64,000 bases of DNA from an uncultured bacterium (GCA_963722655.1 CAVRNT010000001.1:313808-377807), one strand, 5' to 3'. Shown: positions 25,278 through 34,962, counted from the stretch's first letter. Notes: a model not told the origin generated them from the letters alone. Program-made: numbers and translations.

Positions 25278-27110
25278 ATGACCTCCGAGGACATCAGGAA
25301 TAAATTCCTTGAATTCTTTAAAGAAAGGGGGCACGCGATCGTGCCATCCTCCTCTTTGATTCCCGACGATCCGTCGGTCCTCCTCACGACCGCCGGGATG
25401 CAGCAGTTCAAACCTTACTACACGGGCGATGCCGACCCGCTGAAGGATTTCGGCTCCAGAAACACCGCTTCGGTCCAGAAATGTTTCCGCACCTCGGACA
25501 TCGACGAAGTGGGGGACGAAAGCCACTTGACGTTCTTCGAGATGCTCGGGAACTTCTCTTTTGGCGGCTATTTCAAGGAAAAGGCGATCGAGTACGGCTA
25601 TGAACTCATCACCGGCAAGGATTGGATGGACCTCTCGATTGACCATGTGACGATCTTCGACCCGGCCAAGGTCCCGGCGGACGATTGGCGCAAAGGTGTG
25701 CCCTTCGACGCGGAATCTGAAAAGCTCTGGAAAAAATACGGTGTGAAGATCGAAAAGGACGGGACGGACGTCTTTTGGGGTCCGACGGGCAATGAAGGAC
25801 CGTGCGGTCCGACGACGGAAATTTACGTGAAAAACGCGAATGGGAACGCGATCGAAGTTTGGAACATCGTCTTCAATGAATTTTATTGCGACAAGAATAG
25901 GAAACTGACACCGCTCAAGACGCCGGGCGTTGATACCGGAATGGGGCTGGAGCGCCTCGTAATGGCCGTCCAGAAAAAGCCGACGCTGTTTGAAACCGAT
26001 TTGTTCACGCCGATAATTAGTCTATTGCCGGAAGAAATAGGAACTCGGACACGCAGAATTTTAAGTGACCATATCCGTGGCATCGCATTTTTAATCTCCG
26101 ATGGCGTGCAACCATCAAATAAAGAAACGGGATACATACTCAGACGTCTCATACGACGCTCCCTAACCTATTTTTATCTTGCAAAACTAACCCCTATTTT
26201 TCCGGATTTATTTGGAAGCTTGGTTGATAATTACCATCCTTTTTACCCAGAGCTTAATAAAAACCTTATTTTAAAAGTAGTTGAGGAAGAAAGCAGTGAA
26301 TTTCAGCGCCCGTTAAAACAGGGGCTAAAAGAAGTGGAACACCGACTTGCTATTGATAAGACTATATTAAGTGGTGAGAACCTAAATTCATCGGCGGAAA
26401 TAAAAACATTAGCAAAAGGAACCAGAAATTTCAGCGCTGGTTTACTCGCTTTTGAACTTTCACAAAATATAGGCTTCCCTAGGGACATAAGCAGAGAGCT
26501 ATTTGCTGCTGCTGGATATGATATTAAAGATTTTGACAGAGGTTTTAGCGCAAAGTTCGCCAGGCATCAGGAAATTTCCCGCGCGGGCGTGGAAAAGAAA
26601 TTCGGCGGCCACGGGCTGATATTAGATACCGGGGAACTCAAGGCGGGGAGCGAGGATGAGCTCAAGAAAGTGACGCGCCTCCACACGGCGACCCACCTCT
26701 TGAATCAAGCTCTCCGCGAAGTGCTGGGGCCGGAAGTGAGCCAGCGCGGTTCGGACATCACGACCGAGCGGACACGCTTTGATTTCAACTTTGGCCGCAA
26801 AATGACGCCGGAAGAGCTCAAAAAAGCGGAGGAGATCGTGAACGAGAAAATAAGCGAAGATCTGCCGGTCAGTTTCAAGGAGATGCCGAAGACGGAGGCG
26901 GAAAAGACCGGCGCCCTGTATTTCTTCAAGGCGAAATATCCGGACGTGGTAAAGGTCTACTTCGTCGGTCGTTCGCTCGATTCGGCTTGGAGCAAGGAGT
27001 TCTGCGGCGGGCCGCACGTGACGCACACGGGCGAGATCGGAAAGTTCAAGATACTCAAAGAAGAAGCCAGCTCCGCGGGCGTGCGGCGCATCCGGGCAAC
27101 GGTGGAATGA
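25278..27110 (+). CDS. alaS: alanine--tRNA ligase, short form (catalytic, tRNA-recognition and editing domains; no C-Ala domain)
   Basis: N-terminal RNKFLEFFKERGH...LLTTAGMQQFKP...FEMLGNFSFG. Editing site HTATHLLNQALR...CGGPHV. 610 aa against ~870 typical. Confidence 0.9.
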   Translation: MTSEDIRNKFLEFFKERGHAIVPSSSLIPDDPSVLLTTAGMQQFKPYYTGDADPLKDFGSRNTASVQKCFRTSDIDEVGDESHLTFFEMLGNFSFGGYFKEKAIEYGYELITGKDWMDLSIDHVTIFDPAKVPADDWRKGVPFDAESEKLWKKYGVKIEKDGTDVFWGPTGNEGPCGPTTEIYVKNANGNAIEVWNIVFNEFYCDKNRKLTPLKTPGVDTGMGLERLVMAVQKKPTLFETDLFTPIISLLPEEIGTRTRRILSDHIRGIAFLISDGVQPSNKETGYILRRLIRRSLTYFYLAKLTPIFPDLFGSLVDNYHPFYPELNKNLILKVVEEESSEFQRPLKQGLKEVEHRLAIDKTILSGENLNSSAEIKTLAKGTRNFSAGLLAFELSQNIGFPRDISRELFAAAGYDIKDFDRGFSAKFARHQEISRAGVEKKFGGHGLILDTGELKAGSEDELKKVTRLHTATHLLNQALREVLGPEVSQRGSDITTERTRFDFNFGRKMTPEELKKAEEIVNEKISEDLPVSFKEMPKTEAEKTGALYFFKAKYPDVVKVYFVGRSLDSAWSKEFCGGPHVTHTGEIGKFKILKEEASSAGVRRIRATVE

Positions 27111-28243
27111 AGGTGAACAACATCTTCAAAAGGAACAAGGATAACTATCTTCTACTAGAGGAGCGCAACGGCGGATTTGACGTCACGCAGGCGGCGCTCG
27201 ACGCCGAGCGCAAAAAGATCACGACCTTCGAGAGAAGGACGGTCAAAAATTTGAACGCCGTCCGCCGGAGATGGCGGAGACCGGCGAAGGTGATCTTCGC
27301 TCTCGGCGGCCGGAAGGCGGCAACGATTGAGAGCGTTTTGGATGTCCGGCGCGACGACCCCAGCGCCCGCATCGCGGAGGAGGAACTGGACCAGCTCGTC
27401 TTCAAGGGTCTTTGGGAATTTTTGAACCGGTACCGTTCTTGGGCGGGGAAGAAGCTCAAGGCGCCGGACGTGGACCTCATCCTCTCGGACATCCAAGTGC
27501 GCGACGTGGCGCTCGACCGCCGCCGGCTCTTCAACCCCGTCGGCTTCGACGGCCGGGAGATCTCCTTCCGCTTGCGCGGCACCTTCACCGTCCGTTCGGT
27601 CCTGCCGCTCACGGCCCGTTTCCGCTCCTGGGGCGAGGTCATCGTCCTCGAGAGCGGGAGCGTCCTCGGAGGTTCGGCGCCCGATGAGGACTATTGGTTC
27701 GTTCTGCCGGGTGAAGAGGGAACGCGGATTTACCGCCGCCGGATGGAAGAAAGCGCCTTCGCGGGTGAGATTCCGTGGAGTACGCGGTCGCTATCGGAAG
27801 GATTGAAGAAGGAACTTTCCCTGGACGACGCGGCCCTCGCCGAATTCGTCCGGCGCTACGAAGCGGGCGAGATCTCGGAGCGCTTTAAACGCCTCACGGA
27901 ATCCTTTTTGAACGAAGGCTTGCGTTCCTTAGGCGAAGCCGTCCATAGTTTCACTTTCGGTAAAAGAAGTGGCGGCCGGCCGAAGGTCTATTTCCACATT
28001 CCTTCGCCTTTCACGCCTCGGCCAGATTGGCTGAAGCGCCTCGGGGGCGAATTCCTCCGCCTGGACGAACGACTGGAGCGGGAGAATTTTACGCTGGAGA
28101 CAAAAAAGGACGCGGCGGGGTTTTCGCCCGTCCGGGACCAGACCACGCTCGCCTTGCTCCTTTATTCCTACGACGCACCGAAGTACAGCTTTCTGAACGG
28201 CGTTCTCCACCGCCGCGCCCGCTGGCTCATACCGAGCTTTTGA
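27107..28243 (+). CDS. hypothetical protein (378 aa, soluble)
   Basis: ATGA overlap with the alaS stop. No recognisable motif. The tracked ORF starts at 26987, inside alaS. Confidence 0.55.
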   Translation: MKVNNIFKRNKDNYLLLEERNGGFDVTQAALDAERKKITTFERRTVKNLNAVRRRWRRPAKVIFALGGRKAATIESVLDVRRDDPSARIAEEELDQLVFKGLWEFLNRYRSWAGKKLKAPDVDLILSDIQVRDVALDRRRLFNPVGFDGREISFRLRGTFTVRSVLPLTARFRSWGEVIVLESGSVLGGSAPDEDYWFVLPGEEGTRIYRRRMEESAFAGEIPWSTRSLSEGLKKELSLDDAALAEFVRRYEAGEISERFKRLTESFLNEGLRSLGEAVHSFTFGKRSGGRPKVYFHIPSPFTPRPDWLKRLGGEFLRLDERLERENFTLETKKDAAGFSPVRDQTTLALLLYSYDAPKYSFLNGVLHRRARWLIPSF

Positions 28244-28258
28244 ATTAAGATTTAGACG

Positions 28259-29899
28259 ATGACCGGCGAAAAGAAGATATTTTTGGATAGAACCGACACC
28301 CTCCAGGTCGCGGTGGACAAAGTGCTCGCGGCCAAGGCCGAACGGGTCGTTTTGAACGTCCCGCGCCAATCGGTCCTGGGAGAATCCGTCCATAATTTCC
28401 AGATCTTGAAGCGCGAGAGCGAGACGGCCGGCAAGGAACTCACGATCGAGTCCATTGATGAGCACGTGCTGGAGCTGTCCGGCGTCGCGAAGATCGCGGC
28501 CAAGAATCCGATCTTCAAAACGAAGGAGCGGACGGTCATGGACATCATCCCCAAGCTCAAAACAGCCCCCGTGGAGCAAGTGAAGACGGTGCCGATTGAA
28601 GAGCCGATCGCAGAGGGACCGAAGCCGAGACGCGGGGGGTTATTCGCGCGCAAAGAGAGAGAACCGAAGGTCTCTTTCGAGGAAATTGAGCCGGCGATCG
28701 AGCCGGAGGAACCGGAAGAACTAGCCTCGGAACCGGAAAAGCCGGTTGCGCGGAGAAAGCGCAGCTTGCGCCTCGCCCTCACCCTCGCAATCTTCCTCGT
28801 CGTTTTGGGCGTCGGTTACGCCCTCGCAACCTTCGTCCTGCCGCACGCGACGATCACCCTCACCATCCAAAAGACGCCCTTCGACTTCAACGATACGATC
28901 TCCGTGAGCGCCAGCGCGACGACGCCGGTCGCTTCGGGCGCCGGCATCACCCTGCCCGGTGAGATGCAGACCGCGCAGAACAGTTTGGTGATGACCTTCC
29001 CCGCGACGGGGAGCGCGAACGTCTCCTCGAAAGCGGGCGGGATGCTCACCGTCTATAACGCCTACAGCTCCGCGGCTCAGACGCTCGTCGCCCAGACGCG
29101 CTTCGAGTCGCCCGACGGGAAGATCTTCAAGTCCACGAAGACAATCGTCGTGCCGGGGGCGAAGGTCACGAGCGGTGCGATCGTTCCTTCGTCCGTCGCC
29201 GTCGCTGTCCTCGCGGACGCGCCGGGCCCGGACTATAACGTCGGACCGAGCAGTCACTGGACCATCCCGGGTTTCCAAGGGACGCCGCGTTACGACAAGT
29301 TCTACGCCGACGCGACCGCGGCGATGACGGGCGGGGCGAGCGGAACGGTCGCGATCGCGACCAAGGATGACGTTACCGCCGCCGAAGCGAAGATCGAAGC
29401 CGCCCTCAAAGATTCCCTGACGGGCCAGATCGGCCTTCTGGGCGAGGATAAGTTCAAGGTCCTGCCCGGCGCCTCTTCTTTTACCATCACGAAAGAGAGC
29501 ACGACCACGGTCGGTGCTGACGGCGGGTTCTCCGTTCTCGTCTCCGGCACGATGCGGGAAATGGTCTTCGACGAAGGGATGCTCAAAAGCGCCCTCATCT
29601 CCTCGGCCGGGGCCTCCTCAACGGCCGTCACGATCGACGAGCTGAAGTTCGATTACGGTTCGACGACCTTGGCTTTGGACAAAGGCCTGATGGCCTTTAA
29701 GCTCACCGGCGACCTGGTCTACGAACCATCGGTCGACGTCTCGAGCGTCAAAGGCGAGATCGCCGGACAGGACGAGGCCAGCTTGAAGACGATCGTTTTC
29801 GGCATCACCGGCCTCCAAAAGGCGAACATCTCCTTCTGGCCCTTCTGGGTGACGAAGGTCCCGGAGGACCAGACCAAGATCGAACTGAACCTCAATTAG
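28259..29899 (+). CDS. bitopic membrane protein of unknown function (cytoplasmic N-domain, 1 TM, large S/T/A/G-rich extracytoplasmic domain)
   Basis: TM at LALTLAIFLVVLGVGYALATFVL. 546 aa. Confidence 0.55.
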   Translation: MTGEKKIFLDRTDTLQVAVDKVLAAKAERVVLNVPRQSVLGESVHNFQILKRESETAGKELTIESIDEHVLELSGVAKIAAKNPIFKTKERTVMDIIPKLKTAPVEQVKTVPIEEPIAEGPKPRRGGLFARKEREPKVSFEEIEPAIEPEEPEELASEPEKPVARRKRSLRLALTLAIFLVVLGVGYALATFVLPHATITLTIQKTPFDFNDTISVSASATTPVASGAGITLPGEMQTAQNSLVMTFPATGSANVSSKAGGMLTVYNAYSSAAQTLVAQTRFESPDGKIFKSTKTIVVPGAKVTSGAIVPSSVAVAVLADAPGPDYNVGPSSHWTIPGFQGTPRYDKFYADATAAMTGGASGTVAIATKDDVTAAEAKIEAALKDSLTGQIGLLGEDKFKVLPGASSFTITKESTTTVGADGGFSVLVSGTMREMVFDEGMLKSALISSAGASSTAVTIDELKFDYGSTTLALDKGLMAFKLTGDLVYEPSVDVSSVKGEIAGQDEASLKTIVFGITGLQKANISFWPFWVTKVPEDQTKIELNLN

Positions 29900-29946
29900 T
29901 GCTTGACTTTAACTGAGCGTTTTCTTATGATACAACCTGTTTACTG

Positions 29947-30174
29947 ATGGCTACGGACTCGCCCCTTTTGAAATTCGAGGGTTCGGTCGAAGAGGCCCTA
30001 CCCGGGTTGCTGTTTCGCGTGAAGACCAATCTTGGCGGCGAGACGAAGACCGTTCTGGCGCACCTCGCCGGACGGCTCAAGATCAACCACATCCGGGTCA
30101 TCCCGGGCGACCGGGTGCTCGTCGAGATGACCAATCCGACGGACTCGCGGGGCCGGATCGTGCGGCGTCTGTAA
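29947..30174 (+). CDS. infA: translation initiation factor IF-1
   Basis: [52 protein letters not shown] is the S1-like OB fold. Promoter TTGACT-17-TATGAT lies upstream. Confidence 0.92.
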   Translation: MATDSPLLKFEGSVEEALPGLLFRVKTNLGGETKTVLAHLAGRLKINHIRVIPGDRVLVEMTNPTDSRGRIVRRL

Positions 30175-30181
30175 ACTCATT

Positions 30182-30298
30182 ATGAAGGTCAGGGCTTCGG
30201 TAAAAAAGATCTGCGCAGGTTGCAAGACCGTCCGCCGTAAAGGACGGCTTTACGTCATTTGCGCCAAGAACCCGAAGCACAAACAAAGACAGGGCTAA
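30182..30298 (+). CDS. rpmJ: 50S ribosomal protein L36
   Basis: [38 protein letters not shown], 38 aa with the zinc ribbon. Not in the ORF track because it is under 60 aa. Confidence 0.88.
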   Translation: MKVRASVKKICAGCKTVRRKGRLYVICAKNPKHKQRQG

Positions 30299-30330
30299 CG
30301 GAAGATTTAAATATTTAAAGATATAAAGAA

Positions 30331-30714
30331 ATGCGCGTCGCTGGGGTCAACATACCGGACAACAAGAAATTGGTCATCGCCTTGGGCTACATCTATGGCG
30401 TCGGCCGCTCGTCCGCCGCGGACATCTTAGAGGCGGTGAAGGTGAACGGTGAAAAGCGCGCCAAGGAGCTCACGCCGGAGGAGGTGAACAAGATCCAATC
30501 GTTTTTGGAAAAGAACTACAAAGTGGAAGGGGAACTCCGGCAGGTCATCAAGCAGAACGTGAACCGTTTGAAGGACATTAAGGCCTACCGCGGTTTGCGC
30601 CACATGCGCAAGCTCCCGGTCCGGGGCCAAAGGACGAAGACCAACTCCCGCACGGTGCGGGGCAACGTGAGGAAGACCGCGGGAAGCGGCAAGAGGAAGG
30701 TGGACCTCAAATAA
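30331..30714 (+). CDS. rpsM: 30S ribosomal protein S13
   Basis: MRVAGVNIPDNKKLVIALGYIYGVGRSSAADIL... Confidence 0.95.
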   Translation: MRVAGVNIPDNKKLVIALGYIYGVGRSSAADILEAVKVNGEKRAKELTPEEVNKIQSFLEKNYKVEGELRQVIKQNVNRLKDIKAYRGLRHMRKLPVRGQRTKTNSRTVRGNVRKTAGSGKRKVDLK

Positions 30715-30716
30715 AC

Positions 30717-31160
30717 ATGGGAAAACTTAAAGTCGCACAAAAGAAAGAGGAGAGCGTAAAGGAAAAGACCGCGCCCGAAAAGGCGCCGGCCAAGGTGGCC
30801 GCGCCGAAACAGCGCATCCTCGAGGGCCGCGTTTATATCCAGGCGACCTACAATAATACCCTGATGACCGTGACGGACAACGCCGGTCGGGTCATCACTT
30901 GGATGTCCGCTGGCTCTTTGGGTTTTTCCGGTCCCAAGAAGGCGACGCCCTTTGCCGCCTCTAAGGTGGCCGAAGCCATCGTCCAGAAGATCGAAAAGAC
31001 CGGCCCCGCCTCCGTTGAGATCTACGTTCGCGGCGTGGGGAGCGGCCGCGATTCCGCCATCCGCTCGCTCGCGGCCAGGGGTTTGAACATCATCGCCATT
31101 AAGGACGTGACTCCCATCCCGCACAACGGCCCGAAGCCGGCCAAGACGCGGCGCGTTTAA
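30717..31160 (+). CDS. rpsK: 30S ribosomal protein S11
   Basis: GRVYIQATYNNTLMTVTDNAGRVITWMSAGSLGFSGPKKATPFAAS... Confidence 0.95.
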   Translation: MGKLKVAQKKEESVKEKTAPEKAPAKVAAPKQRILEGRVYIQATYNNTLMTVTDNAGRVITWMSAGSLGFSGPKKATPFAASKVAEAIVQKIEKTGPASVEIYVRGVGSGRDSAIRSLAARGLNIIAIKDVTPIPHNGPKPAKTRRV

Positions 31161-31164
31161 AAAT

Positions 31165-31764
31165 ATGCAGAGCATCAAAGAAAAAAAGGAACGGTCGCTC
31201 GGCGTAAAACTTTTCATCAAAGCCGACCGTTGCAATTCGCCGAAATGCGTTACCGTCCGCCGGCCTTATAAGCCCGGCGTGCACGGCCAGGACCGCCGCC
31301 GCCAGCCCTCGGAGTACGGCCGCGAGCTCCGGGAGAAACAAAAGCTCCAAATCATCTACGGTTTGAACAACCGGCAGATGACGAACCTCTTCGACGGGAA
31401 GTCGCCCGCGGAGATAATGAAACGTCTCGAGTGCCGCTTGGATCGCGTCGTCTTCCTCTTGGGTCTTGCCAAGTCGCCCCGCATCGGCCGCCAGCTCGTT
31501 TCTCACGGCCACATCTTGGTCGACGGCCGTAAAGTGACAATCCCTTCCTATTATGTTAAGGTAGGGGATAAGATAGAGATCCGGCCCGAATCCCGCGCCT
31601 CCAAGCTCTTCGAGGACATTCAAATGCGCCTCAAGCAGTACGCGCCGCCCGCTTGGCTCAAACTCGACGCGGCGAACCTTAAAGGCGAATGCGTCGGGGA
31701 ACCGGTCATCGAAGGGTCACTTCCTTTCGACATCAATTTGGTCGGTCAATTTTACGCCAGGTAA
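31165..31764 (+). CDS. rpsD: 30S ribosomal protein S4
   Basis: N-terminal zinc-ribbon-like CNSPKC, then an S4 RNA-binding domain. Confidence 0.95.
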   Translation: MQSIKEKKERSLGVKLFIKADRCNSPKCVTVRRPYKPGVHGQDRRRQPSEYGRELREKQKLQIIYGLNNRQMTNLFDGKSPAEIMKRLECRLDRVVFLLGLAKSPRIGRQLVSHGHILVDGRKVTIPSYYVKVGDKIEIRPESRASKLFEDIQMRLKQYAPPAWLKLDAANLKGECVGEPVIEGSLPFDINLVGQFYAR

Positions 31765-31773
31765 AAAGTTTTT

Positions 31774-32514
31774 ATGAAATATACACACTTAAGCGAAGAA
31801 GTGGTCGCGAAAAAGGTATCGGAGAAAGGGAATCTCGGCGTTTTCCACGTCGAAGGCCTCTACCCGGGTTACGGCACGACCTTGGGGAACGCCATGCGGC
31901 GCGCCCTCCTTTCGTCCCTGCCGGGGGCGGCCATCACCCAGGTGAAGATCAAGGGGGTGGACCACGAATTCTCGACGCTCCCGGGAATGCAGGAGGACAT
32001 CGTCGAATTCTCGCTGAATTTGAAGAAAGTGCGCTTTGATTTCGCGGCGGACGAGCCGCAGACCTTGAAGCTCCGCGTGAAGGGCGACAAGGAAGTCACA
32101 GCTGCGGACATCGAGTCCACGACGTTCGCCAAGATCATCAACAAGGACCTGCATCTCGCGACCTTGAACAAAAAGACCGCCGATCTCGATATGGAGATCA
32201 CGGTCGAGAAGGGTTTGGGCTACGTCACTTCCGAATCGCGCAAAATGGAGCGGCTCTCGGTGGGGACGATCGTCCTCGATGCCGTCTTTTCGCCCATCGT
32301 CCGCGTCTCCTTCGACGTGGAGGATATGCGCGTTGGCGACCGCACCGATTACAATCGCTTGAAGCTCCAGATCGAGACGGACGGTTCCATCACTCCCGGC
32401 GAGGCCTTCCACAAGGCGAGCAAGGCCTTGAAGGACCACTTCGAGAAGCTCGCGGACGCGAGCGTCGGCCAATTGGCGGAGGAGAAGACCAAGACCAAGA
32501 AGAAGGAAGAATAA
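31774..32514 (+). CDS. rpoA: DNA-directed RNA polymerase subunit alpha, N-terminal domain only (no alphaCTD)
   Basis: The alphaNTD dimerisation/assembly domain is present. The protein ends at 246 aa with a K/E-rich tail. The ~85-aa alphaCTD is absent, and rplQ starts 10 nt later. Confidence 0.88.
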   Translation: MKYTHLSEEVVAKKVSEKGNLGVFHVEGLYPGYGTTLGNAMRRALLSSLPGAAITQVKIKGVDHEFSTLPGMQEDIVEFSLNLKKVRFDFAADEPQTLKLRVKGDKEVTAADIESTTFAKIINKDLHLATLNKKTADLDMEITVEKGLGYVTSESRKMERLSVGTIVLDAVFSPIVRVSFDVEDMRVGDRTDYNRLKLQIETDGSITPGEAFHKASKALKDHFEKLADASVGQLAEEKTKTKKKEE

Positions 32515-32523
32515 GGGAAAATA

Positions 32524-32877
32524 ATGAGGCATTTGAACAAGGGCAGGAAGTTTGGTTTAAAAAAAGGCCCGCGGCGGTCTTTTTTAAGGATATTGGCGGG
32601 GAACCTCGTGAGCCACGAGCGCATCGTGACGACCGAAGCCCGGGCCAAGGAGATCAAGTCCATCGTGGAGCGCTACGTGACCTACGGCAAGAAACAGAAC
32701 CTCGCTGGAATGCGTCTGCTGCTCCAGCACCTGCCGAAGAAGACGGCTTACAAGGTCTACAATGAGATCGCGCCGCGCTACAAGGAGCGCCGGGGCGGGT
32801 ACCTCCGCATCGCGAAGCTCGCGAAGCCGCGCAAGCACGACGCCTCCCAAATGGCCGTCATTGAGTTCGTCAAATAA
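32524..32877 (+). CDS. rplQ: 50S ribosomal protein L17
   Basis: MRHLNKGRKFGLKKGPRRSFLRILAGNLVSHERIVTT... Confidence 0.95.
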   Translation: MRHLNKGRKFGLKKGPRRSFLRILAGNLVSHERIVTTEARAKEIKSIVERYVTYGKKQNLAGMRLLLQHLPKKTAYKVYNEIAPRYKERRGGYLRIAKLAKPRKHDASQMAVIEFVK

Positions 32878-32878
32878 C

Positions 32879-33220
32879 ATGGAATACAAGATTGACGCCA
32901 AGGGAAAAGTGCTGGGCCGGCTCGCTTCGGAGATTTCATCCATCTTGCAAGGTAAGAAACACGCCAATTACGACCCGAGGAAGCTGGGCGACGACACCGT
33001 GATCGTGAAGAACGTCCGGGGCTTGGTGGTGACCGGCCGCAAGACGACGCAGAAGATCTACTACCGCCACACCGGACCTTTGGGCCATTTGAAAGAGAGG
33101 AAGTTTGCGGACGTTTTCAAGAAGAAACCGGAGTGGGTCCTGCGGAACGCCGTGAGGACGATGCTCCCCAAGAACCGCTTGCGGGCGAAGCGGATGACCA
33201 GGTTGAGTTTTGAAAAATAA
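32879..33220 (+). CDS. rplM: 50S ribosomal protein L13
   Basis: ATG 32879 lies just after the rplQ stop: MEYKIDAKGKVLGRLASEISSILQGK... The tracked ORF extends upstream to 32762 in the same frame. Confidence 0.9.
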   Translation: MEYKIDAKGKVLGRLASEISSILQGKKHANYDPRKLGDDTVIVKNVRGLVVTGRKTTQKIYYRHTGPLGHLKERKFADVFKKKPEWVLRNAVRTMLPKNRLRAKRMTRLSFEK

Positions 33221-33221
33221 T

Positions 33222-33671
33222 ATGCCGACCGAACCTAAAACGAAAAAACCGGCGAAGGCCGTCAGCAAGGAGAAATACATCGAGGCCGTGGGCCGGCGGA
33301 AGACCTCCGTCGCGCGTGTGCGGCTTTTGAGCGGCCGGCCGAAGACGAGCAAGGAGCCGGAGGTGATGGTGAACGGCGCGGCCTTCACGAAGTATTTCGG
33401 AGCGGTGAAGCTCCAGAACGTCGTCCGGGCGCCTTTCGAAGCCCTTTCCCTCAAGGAATATTCCGCGACCGCCAAAGTAATGGGCGGGGGAGTGAGTTCA
33501 CAGGCCGAGGCCATCCGTTTGGGCCTCGCCCGAACCTTGATCGCTTTGAACCCGCTCTGGCGCGTCAAATTGAAATCGCTGGGTTACCTGAAGCGCGACC
33601 CCCGAATGGTGGAACGCAAGAAGCCCGGTCTCCGGAAAGCTCGCAGGCCCCAGCAGTGGAGAAAAAGATAA
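33222..33671 (+). CDS. rpsI: 30S ribosomal protein S9
   Basis: The C-terminus ...PGLRKARRPQQWRKR matches the S9 basic tail. ATG 33222 is preferred over the tracked TTG 33210. Confidence 0.9.
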   Translation: MPTEPKTKKPAKAVSKEKYIEAVGRRKTSVARVRLLSGRPKTSKEPEVMVNGAAFTKYFGAVKLQNVVRAPFEALSLKEYSATAKVMGGGVSSQAEAIRLGLARTLIALNPLWRVKLKSLGYLKRDPRMVERKKPGLRKARRPQQWRKR

Positions 33672-33675
33672 CTAC

Positions 33676-33708
33676 AAAGAAAGCCCCTTATGGGCTTTCT
33701 TTCTTTTT
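33676..33708 (+). terminator. rho-independent terminator ending the ribosomal protein operon
   Basis: Perfect AAAGAAAGCCC-CTTAT-GGGCTTTCTTT stem followed by CTTTTT. Confidence 0.85.
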
Positions 33709-33749
33709 CTACACTGCTGAATGTCGCCATTTGCTATACTTTTAAAATA

Positions 33750-34058
33750 ATGAAAGACGTTCAAAAACAGGTTGACGAATGGGTCCAGCAGTACAAGATT
33801 GGCTACTTCAAACCATTAGAAATACTGGCGCGCCTCACGGAAGAGACGGGTGAAGTCGCACGGGAAATAAATCATCTCTACGGACCGAAAAAGAAAAAGG
33901 CCACTGAGGATACTAAGGACTTGGAAGGAGAAATCGGCGACATCATCTTCACGCTGGCCTGCCTCGCTAACTCACTGAACTTGGATATGGAACGGGGATT
34001 CAAAGCGGTAATGGACAAGGTCTATAGCCGTGACAAGGACCGATGGGAGAAAAAGTGA
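33750..34058 (+). CDS. MazG-like nucleotide pyrophosphohydrolase
   Basis: EWVQQY...LARLTEETGEVAREI...EIGDIIFTLACLAN is the MazG EExxE core. The extended -10 TGCTATACT sits 9 nt before the ATG. The tracked ORF starts at 33690, inside the terminator. Confidence 0.6.
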   Translation: MKDVQKQVDEWVQQYKIGYFKPLEILARLTEETGEVAREINHLYGPKKKKATEDTKDLEGEIGDIIFTLACLANSLNLDMERGFKAVMDKVYSRDKDRWEKK

Positions 34059-34633
34059 AGCGAGTTGTCATCGTACACGGGTGGTCGGGTGGGCCGGGTA
34101 AGGATTGGCTCCCGTGGCTTAAAACGGAGCTCGAAAATAAAGGTTACAAAGTATTAGCGCCGGCAATGCCAGACGCGGATGAGCCAGTAATCGAAAAATG
34201 GGTTGTCTATTTATCCGAGATTGTCGGCAAGCCCGACAAAAACACTTGTTTCGTCGGCCACAGTATCGGATGCCAGACGATCCTGCGTTATTTGACTGCG
34301 CATCCCTTCAAGCCGCGCGAGATGGTGGGCGGTGCCGTCTTCGTTGCGGGCTGGTTCGATTTGAAGAACCTCGAGGACGATGAAACTAGGGCGCTCGCCA
34401 AGCCGTGGACGGAAACGCCGATCGACCTCGCGAAGGTCAAAGCGGTCTTGCCGAAATCGACCCTCATCATTTCCGACAACGACCCTTATGACTCTTTTGA
34501 GGAGAACAAACTAGGATTCGAAAAGATCGGCGCCAAGATCATCGTGAGGCGCGGAGCGGGCCATTTCACAGCGGAGGACGGCTTCGCAAAACTCCCGCTC
34601 ATTCTTGCCGAGCTCGAAAAACTTATGGAGTAA
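34043..34633 (+). CDS. alpha/beta-fold serine hydrolase (YdeN/RBBP9-like)
   Basis: VVIVHGW...CFVGHSIGC (GxSxG nucleophile elbow)...AGHF. Confidence 0.7.
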   Translation: MGEKVKRVVIVHGWSGGPGKDWLPWLKTELENKGYKVLAPAMPDADEPVIEKWVVYLSEIVGKPDKNTCFVGHSIGCQTILRYLTAHPFKPREMVGGAVFVAGWFDLKNLEDDETRALAKPWTETPIDLAKVKAVLPKSTLIISDNDPYDSFEENKLGFEKIGAKIIVRRGAGHFTAEDGFAKLPLILAELEKLME

Positions 34634-34716
34634 AGACAGGGTTGACTCCCCCCGCAGGGAAGGGGTACTTTAAGGGTAGCAACAAAATAGCGAAAATAAA
34701 TAAAAGGAGCAATGAA

Positions 34717-34962
34717 ATGGCTGGAAGGGATGTTGAAGCTATTGGTCGAGCTGCGGATGTGCCCGTAATTATATCCGGGGAAATGACGAGGGAATCAATT
34801 CTCATCAAGCCCATGATCAGAAAGGAGGCAGTATTGGATGAAAACGTCAGAACGGTGGAATCGTTCATCGCACTGCTTAAGTTCAAGGGTATTGGTCTTA
34901 AGGTATTCAAGAGTAGAACGAAGCATAGCGAGAGGATAGATAGAATTTTGATCTATTTCTAA
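34717..34962 (+). CDS. small hypothetical protein (82 aa)
   Basis: AAAGGAG SD 8 nt upstream of the ATG. AT-rich. No recognised domain. Confidence 0.35.
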   Translation: MAGRDVEAIGRAADVPVIISGEMTRESILIKPMIRKEAVLDENVRTVESFIALLKFKGIGLKVFKSRTKHSERIDRILIYF

